Assembly: GCA_945860225.1 (NCBI GenBank)
Contig: CAMAPT010000001.1
Location: 15,078-79,077, forward strand
Direction: 5' to 3'
Source: Chitinophaga pinensis
GTDB lineage: Bacteria; Bacteroidota; Bacteroidia; B-17B0; Aurantibacillaceae
DNA length: 64,000 bases
Part shown: in pieces, positions 1 to 9,624 of the stretch
How the letters are laid out: each line of letters starts with the position of its first letter
Position numbering within the stretch: position 1 is the first letter of the stretch
Made by a program: the position numbers and the translations under genes
The notes under the pieces: generated by a model
What the model was told of the DNA's origin: nothing
The model's input: only the letters and a program-made list of their open reading frames with translations
Databases searched by the model: none

Positions 1-122
1 AAACCTTTGGTAGAATAATAATTTTTGTGTTTCCAATAACTATATAAAATTTCTATACCGATTACAATCGTATAAATAGGAATTGATAATTTGATAAGAA
101 ATTCTTCCCTAAATTCATTCAT
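1..122 (-). CDS. 5' end of a gene running off the left edge; N-terminus MNEFREEFLIKLSIPIYTIVIGIEILYSYWKHKNYYSTKG... is hydrophobic and loosely resembles sterol desaturase / fatty-acid hydroxylase family N-termini (tentative)
   Basis: My own translation of the reverse complement of 1-122: ATG at 122-120, open to the window edge. Too short to appear in the ORF track. Family guess is from general sequence character only. Confidence 0.3.
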   Translation of the reverse strand, partial: MNEFREEFLIKLSIPIYTIVIGIEILYSYWKHKNYYSTKG

Positions 123-247
123 AAAAAATTATTAAAAGGCCGGCAAATTTACTAAACCTTTTCTAGTTGTAAAATGAGCAAGAAATAGGAACTTCTATTG
201 ATATTAGAAAAATAAATAAGATATTTGACACCATAACTAATTATTGT

Positions 248-1402
248 TTGATGAAAAAAATAATCTTTTTTGCCTTAGCGTCTTTTGTAATGTATGCTTG
301 TTCAAATTCTGGTTCTAATAATCCTTCCGGATTTGAAATCAAGGGAAAGCTTTCTAATTCAAAAGGAGAATCCATTTATCTAGAAAAATTATCGCAAACA
401 GGTGTTGCAGCAGTGGATAGTGCCACTATTAATGAAGAAGGAGAGTTTGTCATGAATCATTATTCACCAAGTATTGGATTTTACAGATTAAGAATTAATG
501 AATCGAATTTTGCCATGTTGGTACTCGATTCTGCACAAAAAGTATCGGTAACGGCTGATGCCCGAGACCTCGGTAACTCGTTTAAATCTGAAGGTTCGCC
601 AGAAACAACTTTGTTTTCAGAATATAACACACTAGCTCAGGGACAAAAAACACGCACTGATTCTTTAGAAAACATTTTCAGAACAGCCATGGTGACTTTG
701 AAACTTGACTCACTTCGTGCGGACTCTTTATCCAAAGAATTACAAAAACCGTATGAAAATATGGTCAGTCAATATAGTGAAATCGTTGCTAAAAAAATCA
801 TGGGAAACACCAATTCATTTGCCTCGATTATGGCTATTCAACAACTTCGTCCTGAACAGTATTTAGAGGTTTATAAAGCTTTAGACAAAGGATTAACTGA
901 AAAATATCCTAACAACAAAGATATTCAATCATTTCACGCGATGGTTCAGCAAACAGAGATGATGGTAGCTAAAACAGAAGCTATAAAAGTTGGTGCTGAG
1001 GCACCTGAATTGATATTACCAACAAAAGACAATAAAGATTTAGCCCTTTCATCGTTTAGAGGAAAAATTGTATTAATAGATTTTTGGGCTAGTTGGTGCG
1101 CACCATGCCGTAAAGAACTCCCCAATGTGAAACGCGTCTATGAAAAATATAAAAACAAAGGATTTGAGATATTGGGTGTTTCATTAGACAAAGACCGTGA
1201 TGCATGGTTAGAAGCTATAGACAAAGAAGGATTAAAATGGCCTCAGGTAAGTGACCTTAAATTCTGGCAAAGCGAAGCATGTCAAACTTACGCTGTTCAA
1301 TCTATTCCTTATACTGTATTAGTTGACAAAGAAGGCAAAATTATTGCCACTGATTTAAGAGGTGCTGATTTAGATAAAAAATTAGCTGAAATCTTTAAAT
1401 AA
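248..1402 (+). CDS. TlpA/ResA-like thiol-disulfide oxidoreductase lipoprotein (thioredoxin fold, AhpC/TSA family)
   Basis: Lipobox-like N-terminus (FVMYAC). C-terminal thioredoxin domain with FWASWCAPCRKELP (CxxC) and typical downstream GFEILGVSLD. Confidence 0.85.
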   Translation: MMKKIIFFALASFVMYACSNSGSNNPSGFEIKGKLSNSKGESIYLEKLSQTGVAAVDSATINEEGEFVMNHYSPSIGFYRLRINESNFAMLVLDSAQKVSVTADARDLGNSFKSEGSPETTLFSEYNTLAQGQKTRTDSLENIFRTAMVTLKLDSLRADSLSKELQKPYENMVSQYSEIVAKKIMGNTNSFASIMAIQQLRPEQYLEVYKALDKGLTEKYPNNKDIQSFHAMVQQTEMMVAKTEAIKVGAEAPELILPTKDNKDLALSSFRGKIVLIDFWASWCAPCRKELPNVKRVYEKYKNKGFEILGVSLDKDRDAWLEAIDKEGLKWPQVSDLKFWQSEACQTYAVQSIPYTVLVDKEGKIIATDLRGADLDKKLAEIFK

Positions 1403-1414
1403 AAAAATCTACTA

Positions 1415-1455
1415 CCCCACTCTTGTATTTTTATAAATGTAGGAGTGGGTTTTGT
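1415..1455 (+). terminator. Weak stem-loop between convergent genes (cccactc ... gagtggg, then TTTGTT)
   Basis: 7-bp inverted repeat with a large AT-rich loop, directly after the stop of 248-1402. Confidence 0.35.
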
Positions 1456-1457
1456 TA

Positions 1458-3410
1458 TTAATTTTGATAACTATACTCCCACGCCGATTTATAAAAATTA
1501 TTTGTTTCGCAATACTCTACAAATGATTTATAAAACGGATGATTGCCAATGGTGGCTGTGTCCATAACGACCACCAATTTCTTTTTAGCTCTTGTTAAAG
1601 CGACATTCATTCGACGAATATCTGATAAAAACCCTATTTCTGAACTTGGATTGCTTCGCACTAATGAAATGTAAATAACGTCACATTCCTCCCCCTGAAA
1701 ACCATCAATCGTTTTGACAGTCAATTCATTAACTGCAAAAGAGGTAACATCCACCGTTAACAATTTTTCTTTCAGCAATTCTATCTGTTCTTTATAAGGA
1801 GAAATAATACCAATATCTATTTTAGTTGTTTCACCTGAATATTGATAATTCTGTAATAATAAATCTAAATGTTTAAATACGATATCAGCCTCTCCCTTAT
1901 TTGACAAACTCAATGTTTCAGGATTTTGTAATTCATCAAAACTACAACCAGCCGTATCTAATAATTCAATTGGAATATTTAATATTTCGAATTCTTCATG
2001 ATTGGAAAGCAACGTGTTTTTAACTGTCGCATCAGCTTCTAATTGATTATTATAGAAATAGTTATTGCTAAACTGCATAATGTGCTGATGCATTCGGTAT
2101 TGCCGATTTAAGAGTGTTGAAATTCCTTTTTGCTGCGTACATCTATCCAACATCGTTTTATCAAGCCCACCTTTTTTTGCTTTTTCACTTTTTACAACAG
2201 GAGGCAATTGAAAATGATCGCCGCTAAAAATAACTCGGTTACATTTTAATAATGGAATCCATGAAATGGCTTCTAAGGCTTGAGAAGCCTCATCAAAAAA
2301 TAAGGTATTGAATTTTTTTCTTGATAATGCTTTATTGGTTGAAGTAACCGGTGTGCAACAAATAACTTGTGCATTTTCAAACAACGAATCCACAATGTAA
2401 TCCTCTAATAACCGTGATTCCTTAATACAATTTCTAGCTTCTGTATAATACAAAGCACGTTGTTTAGCATCCTCTTTACCAAATACACGCTTGTACTTTG
2501 AAGCCATTTTAAAATATTCTTCTGCGGTACGTCGTAAACTTTTTATATCCTTGTAATTCGAATGATTTTGAACTTGACCATCAATAGTTGTTTTCAATAA
2601 ATCTTCCGAAACACGGGCAGGATGCCCAACACGCAATACATTAATCCCCTGCTCTATCAGTTTTTCTGTTAATAAATCAACAGCTGTATTTGTAGGAGCG
2701 CAAACTAATACTTGTTTTTCTGTTTGTAAAACCAAACGAATGGCCTGAACAATGGTTGTTGTTTTTCCCGTTCCGGGAGGCCCATGAACCACTGCAATAT
2801 CATTAGCGGAAAGGATATGTTTTACGGCATTATTTTGAGAAAAATTTAATTGAGGAATGACAATGTCACTTTCTATTTTTTCAAATGTTGGACTTTCTAT
2901 GCCTTCTATAATTTCTCTTAACTCAGCCACTCTGTTATGTTTAGCTGCAATCACTTCATCCAAAGCTTTTTGCATTTCAATATAACTGTTATCATCAAAC
3001 TGAATATTAACACCTAATCTCCCTTCGTAACACCAGTCGGGCAATTCATCGGTATGAAGTATAATCTTCATTTTATTTTTTCCGGATTGCTTAATTGTAC
3101 CTGTTAATTCTTTCAAATCTTCAGGATTTTTATTAGAAAATAACGTCACATTTTTTCCGGCACTAAATTGGTGCGGCATATCTAATTCGGATGTACGTTC
3201 TAATTCAATATGAACATAATCGGCGTAACCCAATTCATCTGATAAGATTTTAACTGGGAACCAAGTAACTCCATTTTTTTTTCTTTGTTCTATACTGGCT
3301 CTTAAAAATTGCTCCTTGTATTGACGATAATCTTCCTCTCTCTCAATAAACAACAATTCTTTTAGTTGTTTCAATCTGTCAATACTGCTACTCATCATAA
3401 AATCAATCAA
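1458..3410 (-). CDS. Superfamily-1 helicase, Upf1/DNA2/IGHMBP2-like (AAA_11/AAA_12 type)
   Basis: Walker A HGPPGTGKTTT, Walker B FFDEASQ, GDHFQLPPV, LNRQYRMH, TIDGFQGEECDVI, NVALTRAKKKL. About 190-aa N-terminal accessory region as in IGHMBP2-like proteins. Confidence 0.8.
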   Translation of the reverse strand: MIDFMMSSSIDRLKQLKELLFIEREEDYRQYKEQFLRASIEQRKKNGVTWFPVKILSDELGYADYVHIELERTSELDMPHQFSAGKNVTLFSNKNPEDLKELTGTIKQSGKNKMKIILHTDELPDWCYEGRLGVNIQFDDNSYIEMQKALDEVIAAKHNRVAELREIIEGIESPTFEKIESDIVIPQLNFSQNNAVKHILSANDIAVVHGPPGTGKTTTIVQAIRLVLQTEKQVLVCAPTNTAVDLLTEKLIEQGINVLRVGHPARVSEDLLKTTIDGQVQNHSNYKDIKSLRRTAEEYFKMASKYKRVFGKEDAKQRALYYTEARNCIKESRLLEDYIVDSLFENAQVICCTPVTSTNKALSRKKFNTLFFDEASQALEAISWIPLLKCNRVIFSGDHFQLPPVVKSEKAKKGGLDKTMLDRCTQQKGISTLLNRQYRMHQHIMQFSNNYFYNNQLEADATVKNTLLSNHEEFEILNIPIELLDTAGCSFDELQNPETLSLSNKGEADIVFKHLDLLLQNYQYSGETTKIDIGIISPYKEQIELLKEKLLTVDVTSFAVNELTVKTIDGFQGEECDVIYISLVRSNPSSEIGFLSDIRRMNVALTRAKKKLVVVMDTATIGNHPFYKSFVEYCETNNFYKSAWEYSYQN

Positions 3411-3412
3411 TA

Positions 3413-4684
3413 TTATTTTTTATTTCTTTCCAACTCATATTTATAAACCTGCCTTCCCAACTCTGCCAAAAAGGGTAAAGCCACCGTTTTATATTCATAC
3501 TTACCGTCATTAATCACCTCGTCTTCATTTGCATAAATAACGGCACTTAACATAAATTCAATATTTTCTTTTTTATTCTGAATGTAAGCACAATCAACCA
3601 TAAAACCATAAGATTGACCAACGATATTGGTTATCTTGATATCTGAATTATTGATTCTTTTTTTACTGTCGCCAAATATGAGATACTTTTTATAGCTATC
3701 GTAGTAAGTTTTAGAATTATAAGTTGGATGTCTACTTTCTCTGGGATAACTCGTTAATTGATTGATTAAAAATAACCTATCATCCTCCAGCATATCGAAA
3801 CGTTGACTTAATGGAATCTGGTGATTAAATATCAATCGTTGTAACATGGAATGAGTATTTTCGAGCGACATATAATTCATTTGTGTAAAATCTTTTGGCT
3901 GATTAATTTTTTTATTGCTCGAATTAATGTGGGCTTTGCCAACCTTTACCTGACCTAACGGATGCTCATAAATTTTTGATGCTGTTTGCTGTGGTAAATA
4001 AGTTAATGGTTTCATGTCTTGTTCAAAAAACGTAACCGGATTAGTAGTGGTATGATCAATACCCTTGCATCCGCCATCAAAACGATGAACAATACGAATA
4101 TTTTTATATCCTAATTCGGCTAATCTTTTATGAATATGATCAACACCCAAAAATTCGTAAACACGTCCGTAAGCAAAATTATCACTCACCAAAGCCATTC
4201 GTTTGATATATTGAGCGATACTTGGATAGCCATTACTTGATGTGGTATCTTTTTTAACTTTAAACTGACAGTTATTAGCACTGTCGGTAAACATAATTGT
4301 GTTACTGTAAATATGAAGTTGTTTGGTTTTTTCTAGCGCTAAAATGGAACATGGGAGTTTGACTAAACTAGCACAATAAAAATAATCCGAAGAATCCAAT
4401 CGATAAGTGAAATTTTTAAAATTAGCCCTACCCTCCTTATCTCTTTCTATTTGAGTATAAATAATCTGAAGTTTATATTTCTGAGCATTACGGCTAACTT
4501 TCTTTAAAATCGGTTTTTGATTCAATATGGAATCAAATGAAAATGACTGACCGAAAATTGATGTTATTGAAACAAAAAAGATTAAAAAGTAGATTAACTT
4601 TCTGAAATCAAAAACACAACACTTATCAAAATTTTTAATCATCCTTCTTTTTGAATAGAGAATTTTATTTCTGTATAGTCGCAA
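3413..4684 (-). CDS. Secreted serine hydrolase, class A beta-lactamase-like fold
   Basis: SxxK (ASLVK) and SDN (LVSDNF) motifs in the correct order, but no clear KTG motif. Hydrophobic signal/anchor segment LIYFLIFFVSITSIFGQ. An alternative start at 4642 (MIKNFDK...) would remove the 20-nt overlap with the upstream gene. Confidence 0.6.
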   Translation of the reverse strand: MRLYRNKILYSKRRMIKNFDKCCVFDFRKLIYFLIFFVSITSIFGQSFSFDSILNQKPILKKVSRNAQKYKLQIIYTQIERDKEGRANFKNFTYRLDSSDYFYCASLVKLPCSILALEKTKQLHIYSNTIMFTDSANNCQFKVKKDTTSSNGYPSIAQYIKRMALVSDNFAYGRVYEFLGVDHIHKRLAELGYKNIRIVHRFDGGCKGIDHTTTNPVTFFEQDMKPLTYLPQQTASKIYEHPLGQVKVGKAHINSSNKKINQPKDFTQMNYMSLENTHSMLQRLIFNHQIPLSQRFDMLEDDRLFLINQLTSYPRESRHPTYNSKTYYDSYKKYLIFGDSKKRINNSDIKITNIVGQSYGFMVDCAYIQNKKENIEFMLSAVIYANEDEVINDGKYEYKTVALPFLAELGRQVYKYELERNKK

Positions 4685-5861
4685 TTAACAAGTTACTGTT
4701 TTTATCTTTAAAATTATATCCAATACCAAAACCTGTAGGTTTTGAACCTTGCTTTTTATATAAAGAATCTAAATCTGCTTGATAACAATTTGAAAACATC
4801 CTAATCGGTTTTTCATATTGTCCAAATAAATCAAACTTCCATGTTTGCTTATTATTAATGAAGTAACGGTAAGCAATCCCACTATCATCCTGTATCACAT
4901 GTTGGCTCTGATTTAAAATAACATTTCGTATCAACGAGAAATAACTTTTATGCATTAAATAAGAAGCGCCTTTTAAATAGGTATTTATAGTTCCAAGCCC
5001 ATTTAAATAAGTCATAAAACCTTCATTAGTATTCAAAGCTCCATCTGCCGCATTTAATGAATAATAGTAAAGCTTTTTATTATTCAAATCTTTATCAACA
5101 AACTGAATTTCAACTCCTTTAACCGGGTTATTTATTTTTTTTAATTCACTAAACGAAGCTAAAAATTCTAATTGACCCTTTTCATCAATGGTAACTGGCT
5201 TGGCCGAACTCAATTGACTACCTGTTCTTTTCAAAAACAAGAATAATAAATGTAGGGTCCCGTCAACTTCTTCATTTTTCAAATCATTTTTCATGCTTTC
5301 TGTTCTAAAAAAACTAAAATTTAAAATAGCATTTAAAGAAGAATTAATTTTTTTGAAATAAGGTTTCAAGAATGAAGTGTCTTGTTTATGAAAATCAGGT
5401 AATGCCCCTACTGGTTCCAAACCAATTAACACATATTGCTGTGCATCAGGAAAAAAAGTTTGCGCATGCAGAATATCTGGTCCCGAAAAAGGATAAAACA
5501 AAGTTGATTGTGAGTTTATCAGTTTTGAAATTTCATTATTTCTAAATTTCCTCAAATCGCTTAAACGAGTAGAATCAAAAGTAGTCCAACGTTTATCAAA
5601 ATTTTTACTAAACTCATTGAAATCTTCGGATGATTTAATAAAATCATACATCGAGTTTGAATCTTTAATACCCGACATTAAATTGGCCATTGCATTTAAT
5701 GAATCATCGATAGACAAACTATTTTTTTCATCTGTGCGTTTGATTATAATTGTATCAATCCTACCATCATTTTTTAAAACAACATCTTGATTAACAGAGG
5801 ATTCAGAACATCCATTTAAAACTAAACTTACAACTAATAAAACACTTATTTTACGCAACAT
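4665..5861 (-). CDS. Lipoprotein of unknown function
   Basis: 398-aa ORF with lipoprotein signal VSLVLNGCSE. I recognise no catalytic motif. Notable conserved-looking block FYPFSGPDILHAQTFFPDAQQYVLIGLEPVG. Confidence 0.6.
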   Translation of the reverse strand: MLRKISVLLVVSLVLNGCSESSVNQDVVLKNDGRIDTIIIKRTDEKNSLSIDDSLNAMANLMSGIKDSNSMYDFIKSSEDFNEFSKNFDKRWTTFDSTRLSDLRKFRNNEISKLINSQSTLFYPFSGPDILHAQTFFPDAQQYVLIGLEPVGALPDFHKQDTSFLKPYFKKINSSLNAILNFSFFRTESMKNDLKNEEVDGTLHLLFLFLKRTGSQLSSAKPVTIDEKGQLEFLASFSELKKINNPVKGVEIQFVDKDLNNKKLYYYSLNAADGALNTNEGFMTYLNGLGTINTYLKGASYLMHKSYFSLIRNVILNQSQHVIQDDSGIAYRYFINNKQTWKFDLFGQYEKPIRMFSNCYQADLDSLYKKQGSKPTGFGIGYNFKDKNSNLLIATIQK

Positions 5862-7165
5862 ATATCTTTTTTTTTAAATTTCAATCGTTTTCCTATAACA
5901 TAAATAATGGCACCAATGGCTAAATTAAGTAAGCCTAATAATGACTCGGTCGGTTTTTGTGTAAATACGAAATAAATAGTAAAAGCATTTAATAATAAAA
6001 AAACAATAGGTGTTATAGGATAACCCCAGGTTTTATAACCTTGCGTTGGTATTTTTTTATGTCTTAGGATAAAAACGCTACTAACGGTTAAAAATGTAAA
6101 AATACTCAAACTAAATCCAACAAAAGTTAACACCGCTTCAAATTGCGCAGTCACAATTAAAACAATGGTAATCAATGATTGAGTGATAACAGCGACATAA
6201 GGAACATTATTTTTATTAGTTTTTGCTAATAAAGATAAAATAGGCAAATCTTCACCCATAGATTTTATAATACGTGGGCCTGCCATAATCATAGCACTTA
6301 TAGAAGATAATAACAAGAAAGCGATAATGATACTCATGAATTGACCAATGGTATGACCAAAAATATGAGAAGCGCTCACGTGTCCGATTTCTAAAACACC
6401 TTTTAATTCATCTATAGGAGCGCTATAAAGAAAAATAAAATTTAATAAAACATAAATAATCGTAACAACGAGTGTACCCAATAACAATGCTTTGGGTAAA
6501 TTTTTCTGCGGATTTTCCATTTCTCCCACAAGATATGAAGCGGCATTCCAGCCACTGTATGCATAAGAAACATAAATTAATGATACCCAAAAACCTGCGC
6601 TACATATTTCATCAAAAGAACCAGTTTGTGGTGCGATAGAAATTTGATGCTGAGGTGTATGCACAAATCCAGCAACAATAAATCCAATAATAACTAAAAC
6701 TTTTAATAAGGTTAATGCTTTTTGAAATTCACTTCCTACCTTTAAATGCCATGTGTGAATAAGCGTAATGACAATAACTACAGCAATAGCAAAAACCGAA
6801 ATATGAATTTGTGGTACAATCTTATTGATATATGTACCCAATGCCATGGATGCTAAGGCTACCGGAGCAGCAAATCCAACCGTTGAAGAAACCCAACCGG
6901 ATAAAAATCCCACACCGGGGTGAATTAATTTTGATAAATATACATACTCACCACCACTCCTAGGAATTGCAATGCCTAATTCGCCATATACCAATGCTCC
7001 ACAAAAAGAAATAACGCCTCCTAACAGCCAAAGAATCAAAATACTAAATACTGAGTGTATATCGAACAACTGAAACCCCAAACTTGTAAAAACACCTGTC
7101 CCTATCATGTTTGCAATTACCAAAGAAATCGCAGTATAAAAACCAATCTTGTATGTTTTGTTCAT
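5846..7165 (-). CDS. APC-family amino acid permease
   Basis: About 12 predicted hydrophobic helices. N-terminal GTGVFTSLG and SGGEYVYL motifs typical of amino acid/polyamine/organocation transporters. Confidence 0.85.
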   Translation of the reverse strand: MNKTYKIGFYTAISLVIANMIGTGVFTSLGFQLFDIHSVFSILILWLLGGVISFCGALVYGELGIAIPRSGGEYVYLSKLIHPGVGFLSGWVSSTVGFAAPVALASMALGTYINKIVPQIHISVFAIAVVIVITLIHTWHLKVGSEFQKALTLLKVLVIIGFIVAGFVHTPQHQISIAPQTGSFDEICSAGFWVSLIYVSYAYSGWNAASYLVGEMENPQKNLPKALLLGTLVVTIIYVLLNFIFLYSAPIDELKGVLEIGHVSASHIFGHTIGQFMSIIIAFLLLSSISAMIMAGPRIIKSMGEDLPILSLLAKTNKNNVPYVAVITQSLITIVLIVTAQFEAVLTFVGFSLSIFTFLTVSSVFILRHKKIPTQGYKTWGYPITPIVFLLLNAFTIYFVFTQKPTESLLGLLNLAIGAIIYVIGKRLKFKKKDICCVK

Positions 7166-8151
7166 TAATCGAAAGATTGAGAAGATTTGGATGAAAGCTC
7201 TAACATGAGTTGGTATTGTTCAGGAGATAAATCATTATAATAAAAATTAATAGGATTCACTTTTTCTCCATTTTTAATAACCTCGTAATGAACGTGAGGT
7301 CCCGTACTTAAGCCTGTACTACCAACATATCCAATTAAATCTCCTCTTTTAAGTTTCATTCCTGGTTTTGTAGCTATTCTACTCATGTGACCATAAAGCG
7401 TCTTATACCCATAACTATGATTAATGACTACGTGGTTTCCATAACCTTGCGCCGAAGCATCTGCCAATTCTACGACGCCATCACCTGTAGCATAAATCGG
7501 GGTTCCTTGCTCTGCCGCAAAATCCATTCCCGGGTGAAATTCCTGAGTTTTATATATTGGGTGAGTTCTCCAACCATAACCACCAGGCATATGTTTTAAA
7601 TTTTTATTATTTAAAGGCATTATAGCAGGTATTGACGCCAAAAGCTTTTCTTTGCCTTTAGCCATTTTAACAACATCATCAAAGGATTTAGATTGAATAT
7701 ATAATTGTTTAGTAATTCTATCTAAACGCTCAGTAACTTTAATCATTAATTCGGAGTTGTCATACCCTTCTAAATTTTGATAGCGCTCACTTCCTCCAAA
7801 ACCTGCATATCTAATTGAGTTAGAAATTGGCTCGGCCTCAAAAATAACCCTATAAATATTATCATCCCTATCTTGTAAATCATTTAAAACCAGCTGAACT
7901 TGATTCATTTTTGTATTTAAAACATCATATTGTAATTGCAAAACTTCCAACTCCCTTAACAATTGTTTTTCTTTCGGAGAGTCAACAAACCGATATGAGA
8001 TTAAAAGCACAATAACAGAAAATACAGAAGCTCCAGCCAAATACACCAATATATTCAGAATGCGTTTTCTGAATGAAACCTTTACTTTTTCGTAAGTAAG
8101 AGATTTTGTGTTAAACTTATAATTGACTTTAGACATGTAATTATGTGACAA
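7165..8151 (-). CDS. M23 family metallo-endopeptidase (membrane anchored, coiled-coil N-terminal region)
   Basis: HPGMDFAA and GPHVHYEV zinc-ligand motifs. N-terminal TM helix. Stop TAA shares one nucleotide with the ATG of the permease (TAATG at 7165). Confidence 0.9.
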   Translation of the reverse strand: MSHNYMSKVNYKFNTKSLTYEKVKVSFRKRILNILVYLAGASVFSVIVLLISYRFVDSPKEKQLLRELEVLQLQYDVLNTKMNQVQLVLNDLQDRDDNIYRVIFEAEPISNSIRYAGFGGSERYQNLEGYDNSELMIKVTERLDRITKQLYIQSKSFDDVVKMAKGKEKLLASIPAIMPLNNKNLKHMPGGYGWRTHPIYKTQEFHPGMDFAAEQGTPIYATGDGVVELADASAQGYGNHVVINHSYGYKTLYGHMSRIATKPGMKLKRGDLIGYVGSTGLSTGPHVHYEVIKNGEKVNPINFYYNDLSPEQYQLMLELSSKSSQSFD

Positions 8152-8208
8152 CTAATATAACAAAATTAAGTCATTGTTATTATAGCTATCATTTTTTTAA
8201 GATAAAGA

Positions 8209-8238
8209 AAGAGCCACATCGATATCGATGTGGCTCTT
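8209..8238 (-). terminator. Intrinsic terminator hairpin after the TPR gene
   Basis: Perfect palindrome aagagccacatcgatatcgatgtggctctt located between 8151 and 8263. Confidence 0.6.
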
Positions 8239-8262
8239 CAATCATCAAGTTAACATTACCAT

Positions 8263-9606
8263 TTACTTTAATGCTTTTATCTTATCTTGCATTTCTTTGG
8301 CTTTTACTTCATTACCTATTTTATAATACAAAGTTTTCAATGCAGAAATTGTAGTTATATCATTAGGCTTAATTTCTAATGCCTGTTCAAGAAACGGAAC
8401 TGCTTTCTTGTAAGACTCTATACTTTTCAATTCGAATTCTTTTTGTTTTTTGATAGACTCATCATTTTTCGTCATTTTTTCTACCGATTTATTATAAAGC
8501 ACATACCCATAATTGTTGTACAAAGCACCTAAATTATAAAGAGAATTAAAATAACTTTCTTTATTTGCTGGCTTCAAATCAATGGCTTTTTGATAATGTA
8601 TGGTGGATTTATATACTAAGCTGTCATAATCTAAAGGTTTTATGGTATCTTTTCCACTCCTTCCTTTAGGATTAGCCAAATTATCGTAAACATTTCCTAT
8701 TGCATAATGAAGAATCGCATTTGTTGGCTCTTTTTCAATCGCTGTTTTCAAATTTTCTAAAGCTTTTGCATGCTGACCGTTGGATAAAAACACTTCTGTT
8801 TCTTTATTCATCAAATACACATCATTAGGAAAACGTTGACGACCTTTCGATAAATATTCCATAGCACCAGTGGTGTCGTGTTGAGCCATCATTACTTCAA
8901 AAATTGTTTGATAATTATAGGATGAAGCAATATTCAAATCAATCATTCCTTTATTAAACTTAAACATTTTTGATTGATTTTTTGCCTTTTGAGCGCAAAC
9001 ACAAGCATTATAAAAATTAGAGGTATCTTTTTTACCTGTTACCTCAGTATTAAATGTGGCCATTGATTCAAAAAAATCAGAAGCCTCATCAAACTTTTTC
9101 ATCTTATATTTACTCGATGCTAAATTAGCCTTATATCCTTGCAATTGATTAATGGCATTTCGTAATTTGGTGTCCTCTTCAGAATCTGTTTCGCTTTTAA
9201 TTATGGTCTCCATTTTTTTCGAATCAAGTTCTTTTAATTTAACCAAACTTTTATTAGCCTCGTCAATATCTGAAGCAGTAATATTACCAAAAGCGGCTTG
9301 CACTCTTTCTGTTTTATAGTTAATACCTGCCATTAATTTTGCTTCTTCTACCTTCAGATTTTCTTCAAACGCATGAACATAAATACGCAAACGATAAGCA
9401 TAAGTTTTAAATTGATTTTTGGTATCCTCTGAGAGAATAGCGGCATCAATGTGTTCTTTCGCTTTCCATAAATACGATACATCGGGATTGTCAATAAGGG
9501 TAGCTTCATAATCACTCAATGAACGCCAAGCAGCCTGAACCTTACTTTTTTGAGAAAAAATAGGTAATGCTATGATTAATAATAATATTGTACCAAAAAA
9601 TTTCAT
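8263..9606 (-). CDS. Secreted tetratricopeptide (TPR) repeat protein
   Basis: Signal peptide ending IFSQ. Repeated A/Y/L-spaced helical repeats, e.g. AIEKEPTNAILHYAIGNVY and ALEIKPNDITTISAL. Confidence 0.75.
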   Translation of the reverse strand: MKFFGTILLLIIALPIFSQKSKVQAAWRSLSDYEATLIDNPDVSYLWKAKEHIDAAILSEDTKNQFKTYAYRLRIYVHAFEENLKVEEAKLMAGINYKTERVQAAFGNITASDIDEANKSLVKLKELDSKKMETIIKSETDSEEDTKLRNAINQLQGYKANLASSKYKMKKFDEASDFFESMATFNTEVTGKKDTSNFYNACVCAQKAKNQSKMFKFNKGMIDLNIASSYNYQTIFEVMMAQHDTTGAMEYLSKGRQRFPNDVYLMNKETEVFLSNGQHAKALENLKTAIEKEPTNAILHYAIGNVYDNLANPKGRSGKDTIKPLDYDSLVYKSTIHYQKAIDLKPANKESYFNSLYNLGALYNNYGYVLYNKSVEKMTKNDESIKKQKEFELKSIESYKKAVPFLEQALEIKPNDITTISALKTLYYKIGNEVKAKEMQDKIKALK

Positions 9607-9624
9607 GGACTGTTTTAAAAATGT

